Origin: Trypanosoma brucei
Lineage: Eukaryota
Length of the DNA: 64,000 nt
NCBI GenBank assembly: GCA_000002445.1
Contig: CP000070.1
Span: 1,216,001-1,280,000, forward strand
Direction of reading: 5' to 3'
Shown here one piece after another: positions 1 through 11,273 of this stretch; within the stretch, counting starts at the first letter, position 1; the number at the start of each line of letters is the position of its first letter. Below the pieces are notes generated by a model. The model did no database searches and had not been told where the DNA came from. It worked only from the letters and a program-made list of their open reading frames with translations. A program made the translations under genes and the position numbers.

Positions 1-208
1 ACACACTCACATATGTACTGGCGCGCGGTACAATTATTTATGGCATAGCAAAACTTTTGTGCCACATGCGATGATCAATAGGTCGAACATTAAAATTTAA
101 AAAATCGCTACATGTGCGACAAGACAACAAAGATGGCAAAGCTTTCCTTACAAACCAAATTCACGCGCGCGCAATCACCTCCGTCATCGGCACGACAGGC
201 CCCTTCGA

Positions 209-230
209 CCCCCCCCCAAAAAAAAAAAAA
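209..230. repeat. C9 A13 homopolymer pair
   Basis: Direct reading: ccccccccc aaaaaaaaaaaaa. Confidence 0.95.
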
Positions 231-1201
231 TGCGCCCTCAGCTCCAACACAATCACCTCATCACTCAGGTGACGCGGCGGATGACCCAACGACTTACCAA
301 CACACATTTTCATCAGCTCTGACTATTTGATTTTTTTCCCCTTCACACACAACTCCTCAATTGTCTCGATATGTTCCCTTTTTCCCCTCCAGACCACCTC
401 CATGCGTTATTAACCCAGCAGGCACTCAACGCCTCCACGTAACAAATGCTGAAGGCAGTGTTAAAACTGTAAGACATCTTCACAAATACCTGAAACAGTT
501 GATGATGGCCTCCGAATGGCACACAACTTTGACGGTGGTGGTGGGATGGTACTTGGAGGCGAAGACACAAAATATATGGTAACACAAAAGCGCCACTACG
601 TGCAGCTTCGGTGGGGAAGTGGTGGGTGAGTACTGCAACTCAAGCAACCAACGAAGGGAGCGCTCAAAGGGATACAAAAAGTTGTGCTCAAACTTTTTGC
701 GGATGCTCAGACTCCTAGCGGAAAGAAACCCAAAAGTAACACGCAGACGTGCACGTGCCACCGAAGTGGATACCATAACCTGAGGCGCCCTCCACAGCCC
801 CTCTAACGCTGCAGCACAGAACACATATTTACGTATCACCTCATTGGAATGCTTTCAATGCACATGACCCAATCAACAGACGCCACTGATGAAACTCACT
901 TTTATTACCAACGAATTAACGGTCACCTATTGCGTGGAGCACAAGAAATTCTCTTCAAAAAGTAAAACCGGTAAATAAGGGAGGAAATGCACTTCATAAA
1001 AGGGAAATAGCACGTTACGCATCGCTACTCTGCAAAACAAATCTAATCAAAACATACATATATGAAATTCTTGAGGTCTATGAGGCCAATGGCAAGAGGA
1101 GAGCAAAAAAAGTATGGGGTGTATAGTGCCTCTATAGAACCGACTTCTGCACCAGCACTAAGCACGTTATCGGTAACGATGGTGGACATATTCGACGTAT
1201 T

Positions 1202-2950
1202 CTAGTGCTGACGCCCTCTCATTCCACGCAAACGGTAGTTCTCGTACAAACACTCCTGCGGATACTTCCCGCCGTACCGCCAAAGAAGATAACCGCCGTC
1301 CGCCGACGATGGGCGCCTTTGGCCTTTGCGTGAAGCAGAAGCACCTCTCTTCTCATGCCTTGAAGTCCTTCTCTGCTCTTGAAGTACCTCCTGTATTTGT
1401 TCATACGTTGACTTTGGGAAATCTCTTGCCGCTATAGATGTTGACCTCTTTGTTGATTTTGGGGGATTCGGGGACCGGCGCTCCTCCACGTTAGATGGCG
1501 TACCAGCACGCGCAGCACGTAAAAACCTCTCCCTAGAGCGACAATCCGATCGATTAATTCTTTCCTTCGCATCCTCGACTGCACGCCGGTGCCTTGAGGG
1601 GTGCTGCAGTCCCTCAGCAAAGTTGTCTGTGCCGTAGTGCGGGGACTGGATAAACGTAAAAGTCGTTCCGTCCTCATTGGCAAGTAGTCCCACATCGTGA
1701 CGCCCAAGAGACTGCACGGAAGTCGCAACATTCGTCAACATTGTAGCCACGTCGCATCGGCTTAAGAAAAACAAACGACCCGCAAGCGTCTTCACCACCT
1801 CCTCAGGTTCTCGATTGTGGTCTCCTGAAGCACTGGCGAGTTCTCGAAGCGCGGCCCGCTCCAACTCCCGCTTCTGCTCCTCTGACAACTCAGGAGGCCG
1901 GGCCGCGCCCCCAGCAGGATGAAAACCGGACGGCAGGTACTGCGAAGGAAGCAAGCAAACCTTTGGTAATGGTACGCCCTGATGAAACAGGGGAGATGTT
2001 GCCTGAACAGTTCCCGCCGCCATTGGTGGTTGCGGGACTGCTGCCATTGGTGGTTGCGGGACTGCTGCCATTGGTGGTTGCGGGACTGCTGCCATTGGTG
2101 GTTGCGGGACTGCTGCCATTGGTGGTTGCGGGACTGCTGCCATTGGAGGTTGCGGGACTGCTGCCTTTGGTGGTTGTGGGACTGTTGCCATTGGAGGTTG
2201 CGGGACTGCTGCCATTGGTGGTTGTGGGACTGCTGCCATTGGTGGTTGCGGGACTGCTGCCATTGGTGGTTGCGGGACTGCTGCCATTGGAGGTTGCGGG
2301 ACTGCCGCCATTGGAGGTTGCGGGACTGCTGCCATTGGTGGTTGCGGGACTGTTGCCATTGGAGGTTGCGGGACTGCTGCCATTGGTGGTTGCGGGACTG
2401 TTGCCATTGGTGGTTGCGGGACTGCCGCCATTGGAGGTTGCGGGACTGCTGCCATTGGTGGTTGCGGGACTGCTGCCATTGGTGGTTGCGGGACTGTTGC
2501 CATTGGTGGTTGCGGGACTGCTGCCATTGGTGGTTGTGGGACTGCCGCCATTGGAGGTTGCGGGACTGCTGCCATTGGTGGTTGCGGGACTGCTGCCATT
2601 GGAGGTTGCGGGACTGCTGCCATTGGAGGTTGCGGGACTGCTGCCATTGGAGGTTGCGGGACTGCTGCCTTTGGTGGTTGTGGGACTGCTGCCATTGGTG
2701 GTTGTGGGACTGCTGCCATTGGAGGTTGCGGGACTGCTGCCTTTGGTGGTTGTGGAACTGCTGCCATTGGTGGTTGTGGGACTGCCGCCATTGGAGGTTG
2801 CGGGACTGCTGCCATTGGTGGTTGCGGGACTGTTGCCATTGGAGGTTGTGGAACTGCTGCCTTTGGTGGTTGTGGAACTGCTGCCATTGGTGGTTGTGGG
2901 ACTGCTGCCAACGGAGGGTCCGGCATTGTCACAAAAAATCTTAAGGACAC
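1202..2950 (-). CDS. Hypothetical repeat protein. The N-terminal ~300 aa are ~37 tandem copies of the octapeptide PQPPMAAV (variants K/M, T/A), followed by a unique C-terminal region
   Basis: 582-aa ORF. The repeat is encoded by a 24-bp DNA unit. The C-terminal 280 aa are non-repetitive, charged, and look like normal coding sequence. The upstream region is purine-rich on the plus strand, i.e. a polypyrimidine tract on the coding strand. Confidence 0.6.
   Translation of the reverse strand: MSLRFFVTMPDPPLAAVPQPPMAAVPQPPKAAVPQPPMATVPQPPMAAVPQPPMAAVPQPPMAAVPQPPKAAVPQPPMAAVPQPPMAAVPQPPKAAVPQPPMAAVPQPPMAAVPQPPMAAVPQPPMAAVPQPPMAAVPQPPMAAVPQPPMATVPQPPMAAVPQPPMAAVPQPPMAAVPQPPMATVPQPPMAAVPQPPMATVPQPPMAAVPQPPMAAVPQPPMAAVPQPPMAAVPQPPMAAVPQPPMAAVPQPPMATVPQPPKAAVPQPPMAAVPQPPMAAVPQPPMAAVPQPPMAAVPQPPMAAVPQPPMAAGTVQATSPLFHQGVPLPKVCLLPSQYLPSGFHPAGGAARPPELSEEQKRELERAALRELASASGDHNREPEEVVKTLAGRLFFLSRCDVATMLTNVATSVQSLGRHDVGLLANEDGTTFTFIQSPHYGTDNFAEGLQHPSRHRRAVEDAKERINRSDCRSRERFLRAARAGTPSNVEERRSPNPPKSTKRSTSIAARDFPKSTYEQIQEVLQEQRRTSRHEKRGASASRKGQRRPSSADGGYLLWRYGGKYPQECLYENYRLRGMRGRQH
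2020..2912. repeat. 24-bp tandem repeat (consensus ccattggtggttgcgggactgctg on the plus strand), ~37 copies with point variants (ggtgg/ggagg, gcggg/gtggg, ctgctg/ctgttg/ccgccg)
   Basis: Direct reading shows unit-length periodicity through 2020-2912. All three plus-strand frames are open because of the repeat, which gives the spurious plus ORFs 1963-3024 and 1982-2944. Confidence 0.95.
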
Positions 2951-3175
2951 TCTATGACCCCTATGACGTACACAAGTATCAAGGTTGGAGTATATATATA
3001 TATATATTTACGGGAAGAAAGTAAATAAGAAGCCTCAGTAAATTCAACACGACAAAAAAGTGGGTACAAGGTCGATCAGATGGAAACAATACCGAGTACA
3101 AGCTGCGCAAGTAATTAAGCATATCGATATTGTGTGTTGTTAGCGCAAACGAATCCTGCTACGCGTGCTATAGGG

Positions 3176-4639
3176 TTATCCTCCTTCATCGTACTGGATA
3201 CTAGTCAGTTTCCCCGAGTCATACGCCTTTTTAGTGATGGGATCGCGAAGGATCTTATACGCAAGAATTATCTTTTGCATTCTACTCCTACTTATTTCAT
3301 CATTTTCACCTGTGTTAGACACATCCGGGTGGTGCCGCCTGGCCGCTTCGCGGAAAGCCACAGCTACGTCCTTTGAAGTTGCAGAAAACTCCCGACCACT
3401 CAAACCAAGTAACTTGTAGTATCCTAGTGGGTCAACATTCTCCAAATCAGTACGCCGCCTCTCCTTTGGGTTGACGTGTCGTCCACGGCGAGCTTCGTCA
3501 CGAGCAGCTTCTTCCTTCACCCTTTGCTCAAAACTCTCTTTTTTACGAGCTTGGCGCCGCAGTTCCTCCCGATACTCGTATTCCTCACGCTCCTCATCTT
3601 CAGGCGACCAACGGTAGCCTTGCTGATCAGAGGTGAAGTGCAACATCCCCGCCGTTTTCAACTCCGCCATCTGGTTTGTCTGCTCCCGAAGGAAACACAT
3701 CACCATCAAAAACTGTTGGACACGTAGTGATAGTGCAGCTGCGAAAATAGAGGCTGTAGTTGCAACACCAGGTTCGACCACTGTGGCGGAGGCTATTAGC
3801 GTAACAGCGCTAAAGAGCAGTGCTACGCCCGATTTTCCACGTTTTGTGAGGTGTAAGACGGGACCAGCAACTTTACCAGTAGCACCACACACAAAAGTGG
3901 GACACTGTGTAGATGAGTTTCCCGTTGTAACCGTAAACCGCAACATTGGGAGAAAAACAGGACGAATGGAAATACTTTCCTTGTAAATACCGGTAAGGGT
4001 TACATTGCTTCTTACGAATGAGCCGTGGAACTTGACCAGTTCCTGATCGATACGCCGAAGAACGGTATCTCTTGTCAGACGGGAGTCCAAAATGGTGAGC
4101 GCTGTGGCCGTCGACATCGCAAAGGGTATGATTTTGGGATGCACCTCCATTTCCTCTAGCTCTTTTAGCAACTCGAAACGTGAGATAAGCATGGAGGGAA
4201 CATGTGTTCCAACAACACAACGCTCCACCAGCGACAGTGGGTGAACGTACGACGCAGATACTTGATTGGATGGGTGGTGCTCACCAAACGGGTAGCTGAA
4301 CTGGTAATTCGGTCCCTCAACCCAAACAAGGCAATGCTGCTGCGTTAAGTACGCAGGATCCCTCTGTAGAATTTCAGCACGGAAACTCCCACCGGCTGCC
4401 GTCGCTGCGAGCCAGAAAGGCATCATGTACCGTTCGACACTGTGAACACGCACCGTAGCGCCATGGTGACGACATACAGCATCCAGAGCCTCTGCCTCGC
4501 CAATGTGAAACGGGATGCCACACGCCTTTTTAACGATGCGGGTGTTTTTTGCTTCTAATTGGTCCAGTGACCGAGCAAAAGTAGAAACTTTGTTTTCACC
4601 GGATCCAGGGGGGGCCTGCTCTTCAAAGAGCCCCATCAT
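3176..4639 (-). CDS. DnaJ (J-domain) protein with a C-terminal J domain and predicted transmembrane segments. The six-frame ORF extends to 4900 but the likely start is the ATGATG at 4639
   Basis: C-terminal region DPLGYYKLLGL...AFREAARRHHPDV...ILAYKILRDP carries the HPD motif of a J domain. Hydrophobic stretches lie mid-protein (GVALLFSAVTLIASATVV). The first ~87 codons of the long ORF are Cys/hydrophobic junk overlapping a polypyrimidine tract. Confidence 0.6.
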   Translation of the reverse strand: MMGLFEEQAPPGSGENKVSTFARSLDQLEAKNTRIVKKACGIPFHIGEAEALDAVCRHHGATVRVHSVERYMMPFWLAATAAGGSFRAEILQRDPAYLTQQHCLVWVEGPNYQFSYPFGEHHPSNQVSASYVHPLSLVERCVVGTHVPSMLISRFELLKELEEMEVHPKIIPFAMSTATALTILDSRLTRDTVLRRIDQELVKFHGSFVRSNVTLTGIYKESISIRPVFLPMLRFTVTTGNSSTQCPTFVCGATGKVAGPVLHLTKRGKSGVALLFSAVTLIASATVVEPGVATTASIFAAALSLRVQQFLMVMCFLREQTNQMAELKTAGMLHFTSDQQGYRWSPEDEEREEYEYREELRRQARKKESFEQRVKEEAARDEARRGRHVNPKERRRTDLENVDPLGYYKLLGLSGREFSATSKDVAVAFREAARRHHPDVSNTGENDEISRSRMQKIILAYKILRDPITKKAYDSGKLTSIQYDEGG

Positions 4640-5081
4640 CGTGCGCCGTTGGTTCACCTGCACATAACAAAGGGAGTATGAAACACACGACCGTAGTTGA
4701 AACATCCTAGTTTCAAAATGCCGCTCCCCTAACACAGTCCATGCACGCCCTATTCTATGATTGATGGGTTGAAAAGAAACGGCAGAATGAATTACAATAC
4801 ATACATCTGCGTGCATGAACCCAACGAGATTGAGCAACTGGAAAGAGGCAACATGGGAGAGCAACAAAACTGACACCACTTTACGGTATCGTGCAGACAC
4901 CTTCCTAACGCACTTGAAAGTCGTCGCGACCCACTAAGGGGAGGGTGCACGGTGGTTCGTATTCACTAGTCTTCCGTGCAGTTAACGCGGTAACAAAAGG
5001 TTAGATCACTTTAGCTAATACAAGTGTGTAAAACATTAATAAACAGTGTAAATATACAATGACATTTGGGGGAAGTGTCCG

Positions 5082-7913
5082 TTACGGAACACAACCAGCG
5101 TCCCCTTTCTCGACTGTGGGTGGTGGCAGTTCCCTTAGTATCAATGCGCTGCGCGAGTGCAATGTGCGCAACCTTTCTATCATATCAGTCAGAAAACAAG
5201 CGAGCTTCCGTGGGAAACTCACTTTGGGGTCCGGGCACCAGTACTGGCAGGCAATACCAAAAGATTCCAAGAACAGTGAGAAGCATAACTCCCCCTCTGG
5301 AAGCAGCAGAACGCGTTCGTGAAGCGCATTAAAGGTTTCTGTAATCTCCTCGACATCTGTGAACTTCACCTTCCGACAGTACCGATGCGGTTCGGTGCTC
5401 CCCCTCCGGGAGTTATTCTCTTTCTCCTTGTTGTCTGCGACAAAACCACAATCTGAGAACATACGAAGATAGGCATCAAAGCTAATTCGACCCACGAAGC
5501 GACCCGATGGTTGTTTTAACCCTTTCGATGACTTCCTTTGGTTTTCACTCTGCTGTTTTACGTAGAAGAAAAAAACACGCGCCAGGTCTTCCTGTAAATG
5601 ACGTATAACGCGCTGCGATTCCGGTCGATAGAAGTCCACTGTTGTTGGAGTCACCCCACAGAGTGTTGGGACACTCAAACCAGTGAGAAACCGCCCCGCC
5701 GCATCCAACAACGAGTCTCGAAAGCGCACAGCACCCATATGTAAAAGTATTTCCGTAAACTGCGCCGGCTTGACTCTGCGTATATTCATTTCTTCCTCCG
5801 CCGCCTCTAGCAAAGCAGCCTGCTTCTCCACACTTTTAGCTTGAAGCATTGCCATAAGCTTAGGAGAGATAACTGTGTCGAAAATTCGGGCTATGGTTTG
5901 TCTCGAAAGTGGTTCCACCATTAATCGGGAATCCTCTACGAACCGCCAAAACTGAACTTCGTCCATCTCGTGTGCATTCTCTCCGGCATAGTGATAAAAA
6001 ATTGAAGTAATCGTGTTTACATGTTTCCACAGCACCCTCTTAAGAGACTGCACAACGGACCTCCACACCTGGGGGGTACACGAACCGAACTTCTCGCGGA
6101 GGTCGTTCATTTTCCTCGCATTAAGACTCACAAAGTGGCGGGAGGCGTCGGCTGTCACTACATATCTCGGATGGCCTCTGCCTCGTTCCCATGTCAAACG
6201 TGCGGCTTCACGGGAGATGCACATGCCACTCTTTTGCAAGTCCATCTCACACCATACACCCAAGCGAAAGTTTTCCACCTGCTTGCTGAGCTCCTTATTC
6301 CATATCGACAGTTGCTTCTTTACATCCTCTTCAGTGGTCAGAAGGCTGACATCTTCCGAATCGGTAGCGATGCTGCTGTCAACTTGAAGGGGATCCTGTT
6401 CAACAACCAACCGGAAAGACTCGCTGACAGCGTCTGCCCTCTTCTTTTCCACGTAGTAAGCGAATATTTCAGCTACTGCTACTATGATCCTGTCCTCCCG
6501 TTTCATGTTGAAGTCTTCAACAGTTAGCGAAACGGCTAGGGGTATGTTTGTAGTGAAGTCGCACACCAGTCGAAGTCGGTCTGCCACAGACGAGTCCACG
6601 GATGTCGCAAACTCTTTTTTTTCAGGAAAAACGTAACGAATAATGCCGTGAAACACCTCCCCATCGGCGAAGTCGTCTGCAAAATTTCGCACTCGCCGCA
6701 ACACCCCGACCTCTCCACTGCGAAGGATGTGGTTACACCACCGGAGAAGGAATGAATGTCCCTGCAACGCCTCGTTCTCACCATGTTCAGGTTCTCTTTC
6801 CTGGTAGTCACCATCTTCTTTGTGGAGCCAGCCTGCAACTACTTCCTTAGCATCAAACTGAGTACCGACAATCTTCTTCAGCAGGATGTTTTGATGCTGA
6901 GCTAGGGTTAATATCTCAAGTAAACGAGCCCTAAGATTCGCCTCATGATTCCTCTCTTGGATCTTTAGTTGCTCTTTCAGCCTTTCCACCTCTAGTTGCA
7001 GCTCGTCTCGCTCGCACATTACCGCCTTTAGCTCTGAGTCCTTCTCCTCATTGCTTAGTTGTAACTTATCGGCCCTGAAGCATTCCATATGGAATTGATT
7101 CTTTGCGCTCTCCAATTGAAATGCCGCATCGTGCAACCTCTCGGTGAGAAACTGCACGCGAGACATTGCTGTGGCACTCTTCCAACGAAGGAACCCTAGT
7201 GCAACACACAAAAAGCGGCTATCGGCACCGTGCCGCGACACGACGTTGCGCCTAAGCTTATTAACGACGCGCTCCTTTTTCACATTATCCCGCCATGCAA
7301 TAAAAGCCCTCCTTTTTCTTTCACTTTGTACGTAAACAACAAGCATGTGTGCAATTCGCTTCCACTCGCTGCCTGTGAACGAGACCCGTTTGAGTTCCCC
7401 CGAAATGTTTTTCAGCTTTAATAGGCTGGCATCGTATTCATGCATATACGTAGAGTGGGAAAAAAAAGGGTTGTCGCGATGCAGGGCACGGTCGCACAAC
7501 AGCGCCTGTATCGCAGCTGGCGCGTAGTCTAACCGTTTTGCATCGTAATTGCAAAAAATAGCTGGTAGTAGGGCTTCGGTGATGTGCACCATGAACTGCT
7601 TAAAGGGTGAGTGGCAGCTCAAAAGTTTCATGGACCACACTGCAGCCATTGCTCTCGACTGGTTCGTAACGCCTTCACGGCCCGCAAGCTCTCGCAGCAT
7701 CGTCTCAACAAAGAAGCTTACAGAAGAGAATTCTCGGTAGCGTTCGGCATACTCCAAGAGTAACTTCGCATAGCGATGCCTTTCGATCTTATTGCGTGCG
7801 TCTAATGCGGCATCTTCCTTTTGGGAGAAAGCAGCATACGTGGCGCTCGGTCCCGAAGGAAAAACTATTGGAGGAAGTGATGAGGAGCAGGGATGCTTTG
7901 CTCGCGACACCAT
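5082..7913 (-). CDS. Large coiled-coil protein with a calponin-homology (CH)-like domain
   Basis: 943-aa ORF. LLRWCNHIL...VRNFADDFADGEVFHGIIRYVFPEK...LTVEDFNMKREDRIIVAVAEIFAYYV fits the CH-domain pattern. Heptad-rich segment ELQLEVERLKEQLKIQERNHEANLRARLLEIL. Confidence 0.5.
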   Translation of the reverse strand: MVSRAKHPCSSSLPPIVFPSGPSATYAAFSQKEDAALDARNKIERHRYAKLLLEYAERYREFSSVSFFVETMLRELAGREGVTNQSRAMAAVWSMKLLSCHSPFKQFMVHITEALLPAIFCNYDAKRLDYAPAAIQALLCDRALHRDNPFFSHSTYMHEYDASLLKLKNISGELKRVSFTGSEWKRIAHMLVVYVQSERKRRAFIAWRDNVKKERVVNKLRRNVVSRHGADSRFLCVALGFLRWKSATAMSRVQFLTERLHDAAFQLESAKNQFHMECFRADKLQLSNEEKDSELKAVMCERDELQLEVERLKEQLKIQERNHEANLRARLLEILTLAQHQNILLKKIVGTQFDAKEVVAGWLHKEDGDYQEREPEHGENEALQGHSFLLRWCNHILRSGEVGVLRRVRNFADDFADGEVFHGIIRYVFPEKKEFATSVDSSVADRLRLVCDFTTNIPLAVSLTVEDFNMKREDRIIVAVAEIFAYYVEKKRADAVSESFRLVVEQDPLQVDSSIATDSEDVSLLTTEEDVKKQLSIWNKELSKQVENFRLGVWCEMDLQKSGMCISREAARLTWERGRGHPRYVVTADASRHFVSLNARKMNDLREKFGSCTPQVWRSVVQSLKRVLWKHVNTITSIFYHYAGENAHEMDEVQFWRFVEDSRLMVEPLSRQTIARIFDTVISPKLMAMLQAKSVEKQAALLEAAEEEMNIRRVKPAQFTEILLHMGAVRFRDSLLDAAGRFLTGLSVPTLCGVTPTTVDFYRPESQRVIRHLQEDLARVFFFYVKQQSENQRKSSKGLKQPSGRFVGRISFDAYLRMFSDCGFVADNKEKENNSRRGSTEPHRYCRKVKFTDVEEITETFNALHERVLLLPEGELCFSLFLESFGIACQYWCPDPKVSFPRKLACFLTDMIERLRTLHSRSALILRELPPPTVEKGDAGCVP

Positions 7914-8230
7914 ACCTAAGACACTCTAAACTCCTACAGAATCTGCCAAATTTTGTGTGACTTTTCGTGCAGGAGGGATAAAATCTGAAGTGATTGAAAG
8001 ACACACAAACGGATATAATTCAAAACATTGTGCTAACTGCAACGAAAACTACACAATAGATGAGATGCAAGGAAGAACGAGAAATGGTGCTCCTTCATTG
8101 CTGGAGCAAGAACCCTGTCATAGGATAATAAAAAGTAAAAAGTTCCCGCAGAGAATACACCGGTACATGTAACATGAAAGTTATGGTGCTCTGGTAAGTA
8201 ACTGACATACCTAGAAGGTTGCCGAAATAT

Positions 8231-9598
8231 TCACGTTTCGTCGTTGCTTTGCACAGATGCCTCATTCACTTCCTTCTGTTTGTCGCGTGTATACGTGGCA
8301 AAGCTCAGGTCACAGTTTAACCGAATCGGATCCCTATTAATTTTCTTTTGAATGCCATCAAACAACTCTCTTATACCGAGCTTTGCTAACTCAACCAATG
8401 GTACATCTTCGTTAAAAGTCGTGGAATGCAATCCCTCCGACGAAGACGTATCACACGTTGAGTTTTGATTGCTCTGCTGAGTGAACTCTCCTGTACATGT
8501 CCCCTCTAACCTATCCACATGTTTTCCCCGCCGACGCGGCAGAGCATCCGGGTTCTGAATTCCCTTCGCAGGACCCTGGACCGAATCATCCGCCTCAAGA
8601 CTCACGCGCGATCCGTTGTCCACCTCTCCAACGTTTCTGTTGGTCGCATATTGCTGCATATGACCGCCAGCAGTTGGTAGTCCCAGTGGTTCCTCAGTGT
8701 TTTCCCCTTCTAAACCTTTACCACCCCTCACAACCTCATTTTGCTGAGGTGTTAACTCCGATAAGACATACGGGGCATCTGTCGCCCCCTCCGATGATCG
8801 CAACTGGGCTTCAATAGTTTGAGAGAGCCCCGGTTCACAAGCTGTATCCGCAGTACAACTTCGTGGCGAGGTTGGGATCGACTCGTCAAGAGAGGCCGAG
8901 CCGCCCTCCTGAGTTTCGGGCGTTGGAACACTGCCCTTCGTGTTGTTTGAATGATCTACACCGCCACGAGAACGCGCTCCTCCACCCGGGCGAAGAAACG
9001 CACTGAGAGGAGGTAGCTCGCTGTCATCTACATTCTTTCGCTTAAGTGACTTGAGGGTTACCTGCACCTTTTTCAATTCATATAGCGACATATCAATTTC
9101 GTCACCCAGTTGCGAGTGCTGATTGCTCTGGTTTGCCCTGTTGGCGGACCCATGACGTTTCGTGCACCTCTGGCGGTTTCTTACATTCCCTCGGCAACTC
9201 GATTTCGAGTTTACCCCACCCGCGTTGGGGGGACCTTCATCAACCGTCCCCATGGCGGCCGCCTTGAATGCAACCAAGCGGTTAAACGCGTCAGCTGCTT
9301 TAGGGTACGGATTCTTGTCGGGATGAACCAGAAGCGTCCACCCCTGGAATGCCTTCCGCACTACCGAGGGCGGTGCGTCGGTTCCAAATAAGGTTTGGTA
9401 TGTGACACACGGGTCCAGCAACGCCTCGACAACGTCAGCGTAGCGGTAGGGTAAAGGAACATCCAACGGGTTGGACAGTACCCTGCACATCCGCGCCATT
9501 TTGGTGTACTGAGGATACAGCACCATTAGGTTTGCGTAGAGGCACGCCGCACCCTTCAGGTCCCCCTCTTGAAAGCAGCGCTCGGCAGCAGCTTCCAT
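8231..9598 (-). CDS. J-domain protein with an N-terminal DnaJ domain (HPDKNP) and a low-complexity Ser/Gly/Pro-rich tail
   Basis: TYQTLFGTDAPPSVVRKAFQGWTLLVHPDKNPYPKAADAFNRLVAFKAA matches the J-domain helix II/III with HPD. A TPR-like helix lies upstream. Confidence 0.6.
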   Translation of the reverse strand: MEAAAERCFQEGDLKGAACLYANLMVLYPQYTKMARMCRVLSNPLDVPLPYRYADVVEALLDPCVTYQTLFGTDAPPSVVRKAFQGWTLLVHPDKNPYPKAADAFNRLVAFKAAAMGTVDEGPPNAGGVNSKSSCRGNVRNRQRCTKRHGSANRANQSNQHSQLGDEIDMSLYELKKVQVTLKSLKRKNVDDSELPPLSAFLRPGGGARSRGGVDHSNNTKGSVPTPETQEGGSASLDESIPTSPRSCTADTACEPGLSQTIEAQLRSSEGATDAPYVLSELTPQQNEVVRGGKGLEGENTEEPLGLPTAGGHMQQYATNRNVGEVDNGSRVSLEADDSVQGPAKGIQNPDALPRRRGKHVDRLEGTCTGEFTQQSNQNSTCDTSSSEGLHSTTFNEDVPLVELAKLGIRELFDGIQKKINRDPIRLNCDLSFATYTRDKQKEVNEASVQSNDET

Positions 9599-10039
9599 TT
9601 ATAACCCCGCCCACTACGGAGGGGTATAAGCGATGTTGTACAGAGGGGCACACAAGAAAGTGGAGAAAAACATGCACGCAACAAACCGCTCCCAAACCAA
9701 AGATTAGGTAGTGTATGTGGAGAAGGGAAATTCTCTCTTTTTCTTAGTAAGGTTACAAAAAAAAACACAAGAAAATAGATGCCCCACCCACAGTCGTAAC
9801 CCTGAACCTCGTGTAGCTGCTGTCAAACGCCAGATAGAATCCAAACACAATGTGCAAGACCGAAGGAGCGCCCCATGTGTATAACATTCCTTCGAAGCGA
9901 AACTGTATCAGGTTATATGCGTCCTTCAGTCTTTTCTTTGTCACACAGAGCGAACCTTCCCGCTTACAAGCTGAGTGGAAAAAGGAAGATACACCATTCG
10001 GTAAAAATCATGGTCCGCCTGTGGACAGTGAGCACTGTC

Positions 10040-10897
10040 TCAGAACCATTTCCTGGATCGGTCAAACTGTTTGCGCAAACTGGCAGCATCCTGTGCATCC
10101 TTTCCATAGCGGGTGCCGTCCTTTCTCATAATACCTACAATGATAAAATGGTGTGTGTTCGGCGACTGCACCCCGTCACCCAGTCGCACCTCGAAAACCG
10201 GGTATTCGCACACACTCTGCCATTCTTCATTATCACCCTTTCTCTCGCGAAACTCGCATTTGTACGTTATCTGCAACCAGTCCTCTTTGGACATTTGTCC
10301 CATGTAGCAATTCACGAGCTGAAACGAATCCAATTCAATCTGATAGGTGTTGCTGACCTCTTGCATCTTCAGAGACTTCCAACTCTTTTTGGCAAACTCG
10401 TCGTTCATCCTAGTTTTTATCTCTTTAGAGATCCGACTAGCTTCTCCGTGTGTTGTTAGACGTTGCAGCACCTTCAGATCTTCCAAGCTCCTGGAGTGAG
10501 AAATGGTTTTAAGTTGAATGAACAACTTCTTCAGGTCGTCCGTCTTGAAGTCGGGACGGCGGTCGATAAGCTTTCGCATTGTCATGAAGCGCCTGAGTAC
10601 CTTTTTCAGTCCCGTCACTGATGTGTACTTAATAGGTGTAATGTCTGGGTCCATTACGCAATCCATGGAGGCGAAACGCATCTGCTTGGACCACTGTTCC
10701 TTGTCGAAGTCGTAGTCCGTACGCTTCTGCGAGGCTACCTGATTATCCGACTCCCAACGAGTTTGCACGCTGCGATTCATGTTGAGATTCCGCACTTGTG
10801 TTAGTATTCGGCAGCAAGGTAAGCTTCCAGCAGGAGCGAAGGCGTCTAAACGCAGTCGGTACCTCATCGCCTGCTTAAGAAATGCACAATTACACAC
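10040..10897 (-). CDS. Hypothetical protein
   Basis: 285-aa ORF with normal composition on the same strand as its neighbours. No motif recognised. Alternative start MRYRL at 10867. Confidence 0.4.
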   Translation of the reverse strand: MCNCAFLKQAMRYRLRLDAFAPAGSLPCCRILTQVRNLNMNRSVQTRWESDNQVASQKRTDYDFDKEQWSKQMRFASMDCVMDPDITPIKYTSVTGLKKVLRRFMTMRKLIDRRPDFKTDDLKKLFIQLKTISHSRSLEDLKVLQRLTTHGEASRISKEIKTRMNDEFAKKSWKSLKMQEVSNTYQIELDSFQLVNCYMGQMSKEDWLQITYKCEFRERKGDNEEWQSVCEYPVFEVRLGDGVQSPNTHHFIIVGIMRKDGTRYGKDAQDAASLRKQFDRSRKWF

Positions 10898-11273
10898 ATT
10901 GTTATTTTTTAAAGTGCGGAAAGTAAGTAATGAACAAAAACACAGAAGGGAAAGAATGTGTTTTAGAGAAAATAATAAAGTGATGTGAACGTGCCCGTTC
11001 TAAGTCGGACAAGACAATAACAGTATACGCACCCGTATCTGCACGTCCACGTATAACATGGTATTGGGCGCTGAAACTGAAGGTGCCAACAGCGCTTTCG
11101 TACAGCAGTACAACTTTCGTCTCACGTATAATCAAATATATGTACGAAGCAAAAAAATGCCCCCGCTGAACCAGGGGGGGAAACATGGAGAAGACCATTC
11201 ACACACCGCTTTCTTGCCGGCGAGGAGAGTAAAAGAAAAGATCGAGGCACCAACACGCCGTACCGTATACCCC

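Noticed and set aside
1963-3024. Plus-strand ORFs of 353 and 320 aa (LLPLVVAG... and CCHWWLRD... repeats)
   Set aside because: These are alternate or antisense frames of the 24-bp tandem array. Any perfect repeat whose length is a multiple of 3 opens all frames. The minus-strand frame has a unique C-terminal domain and correct polarity.
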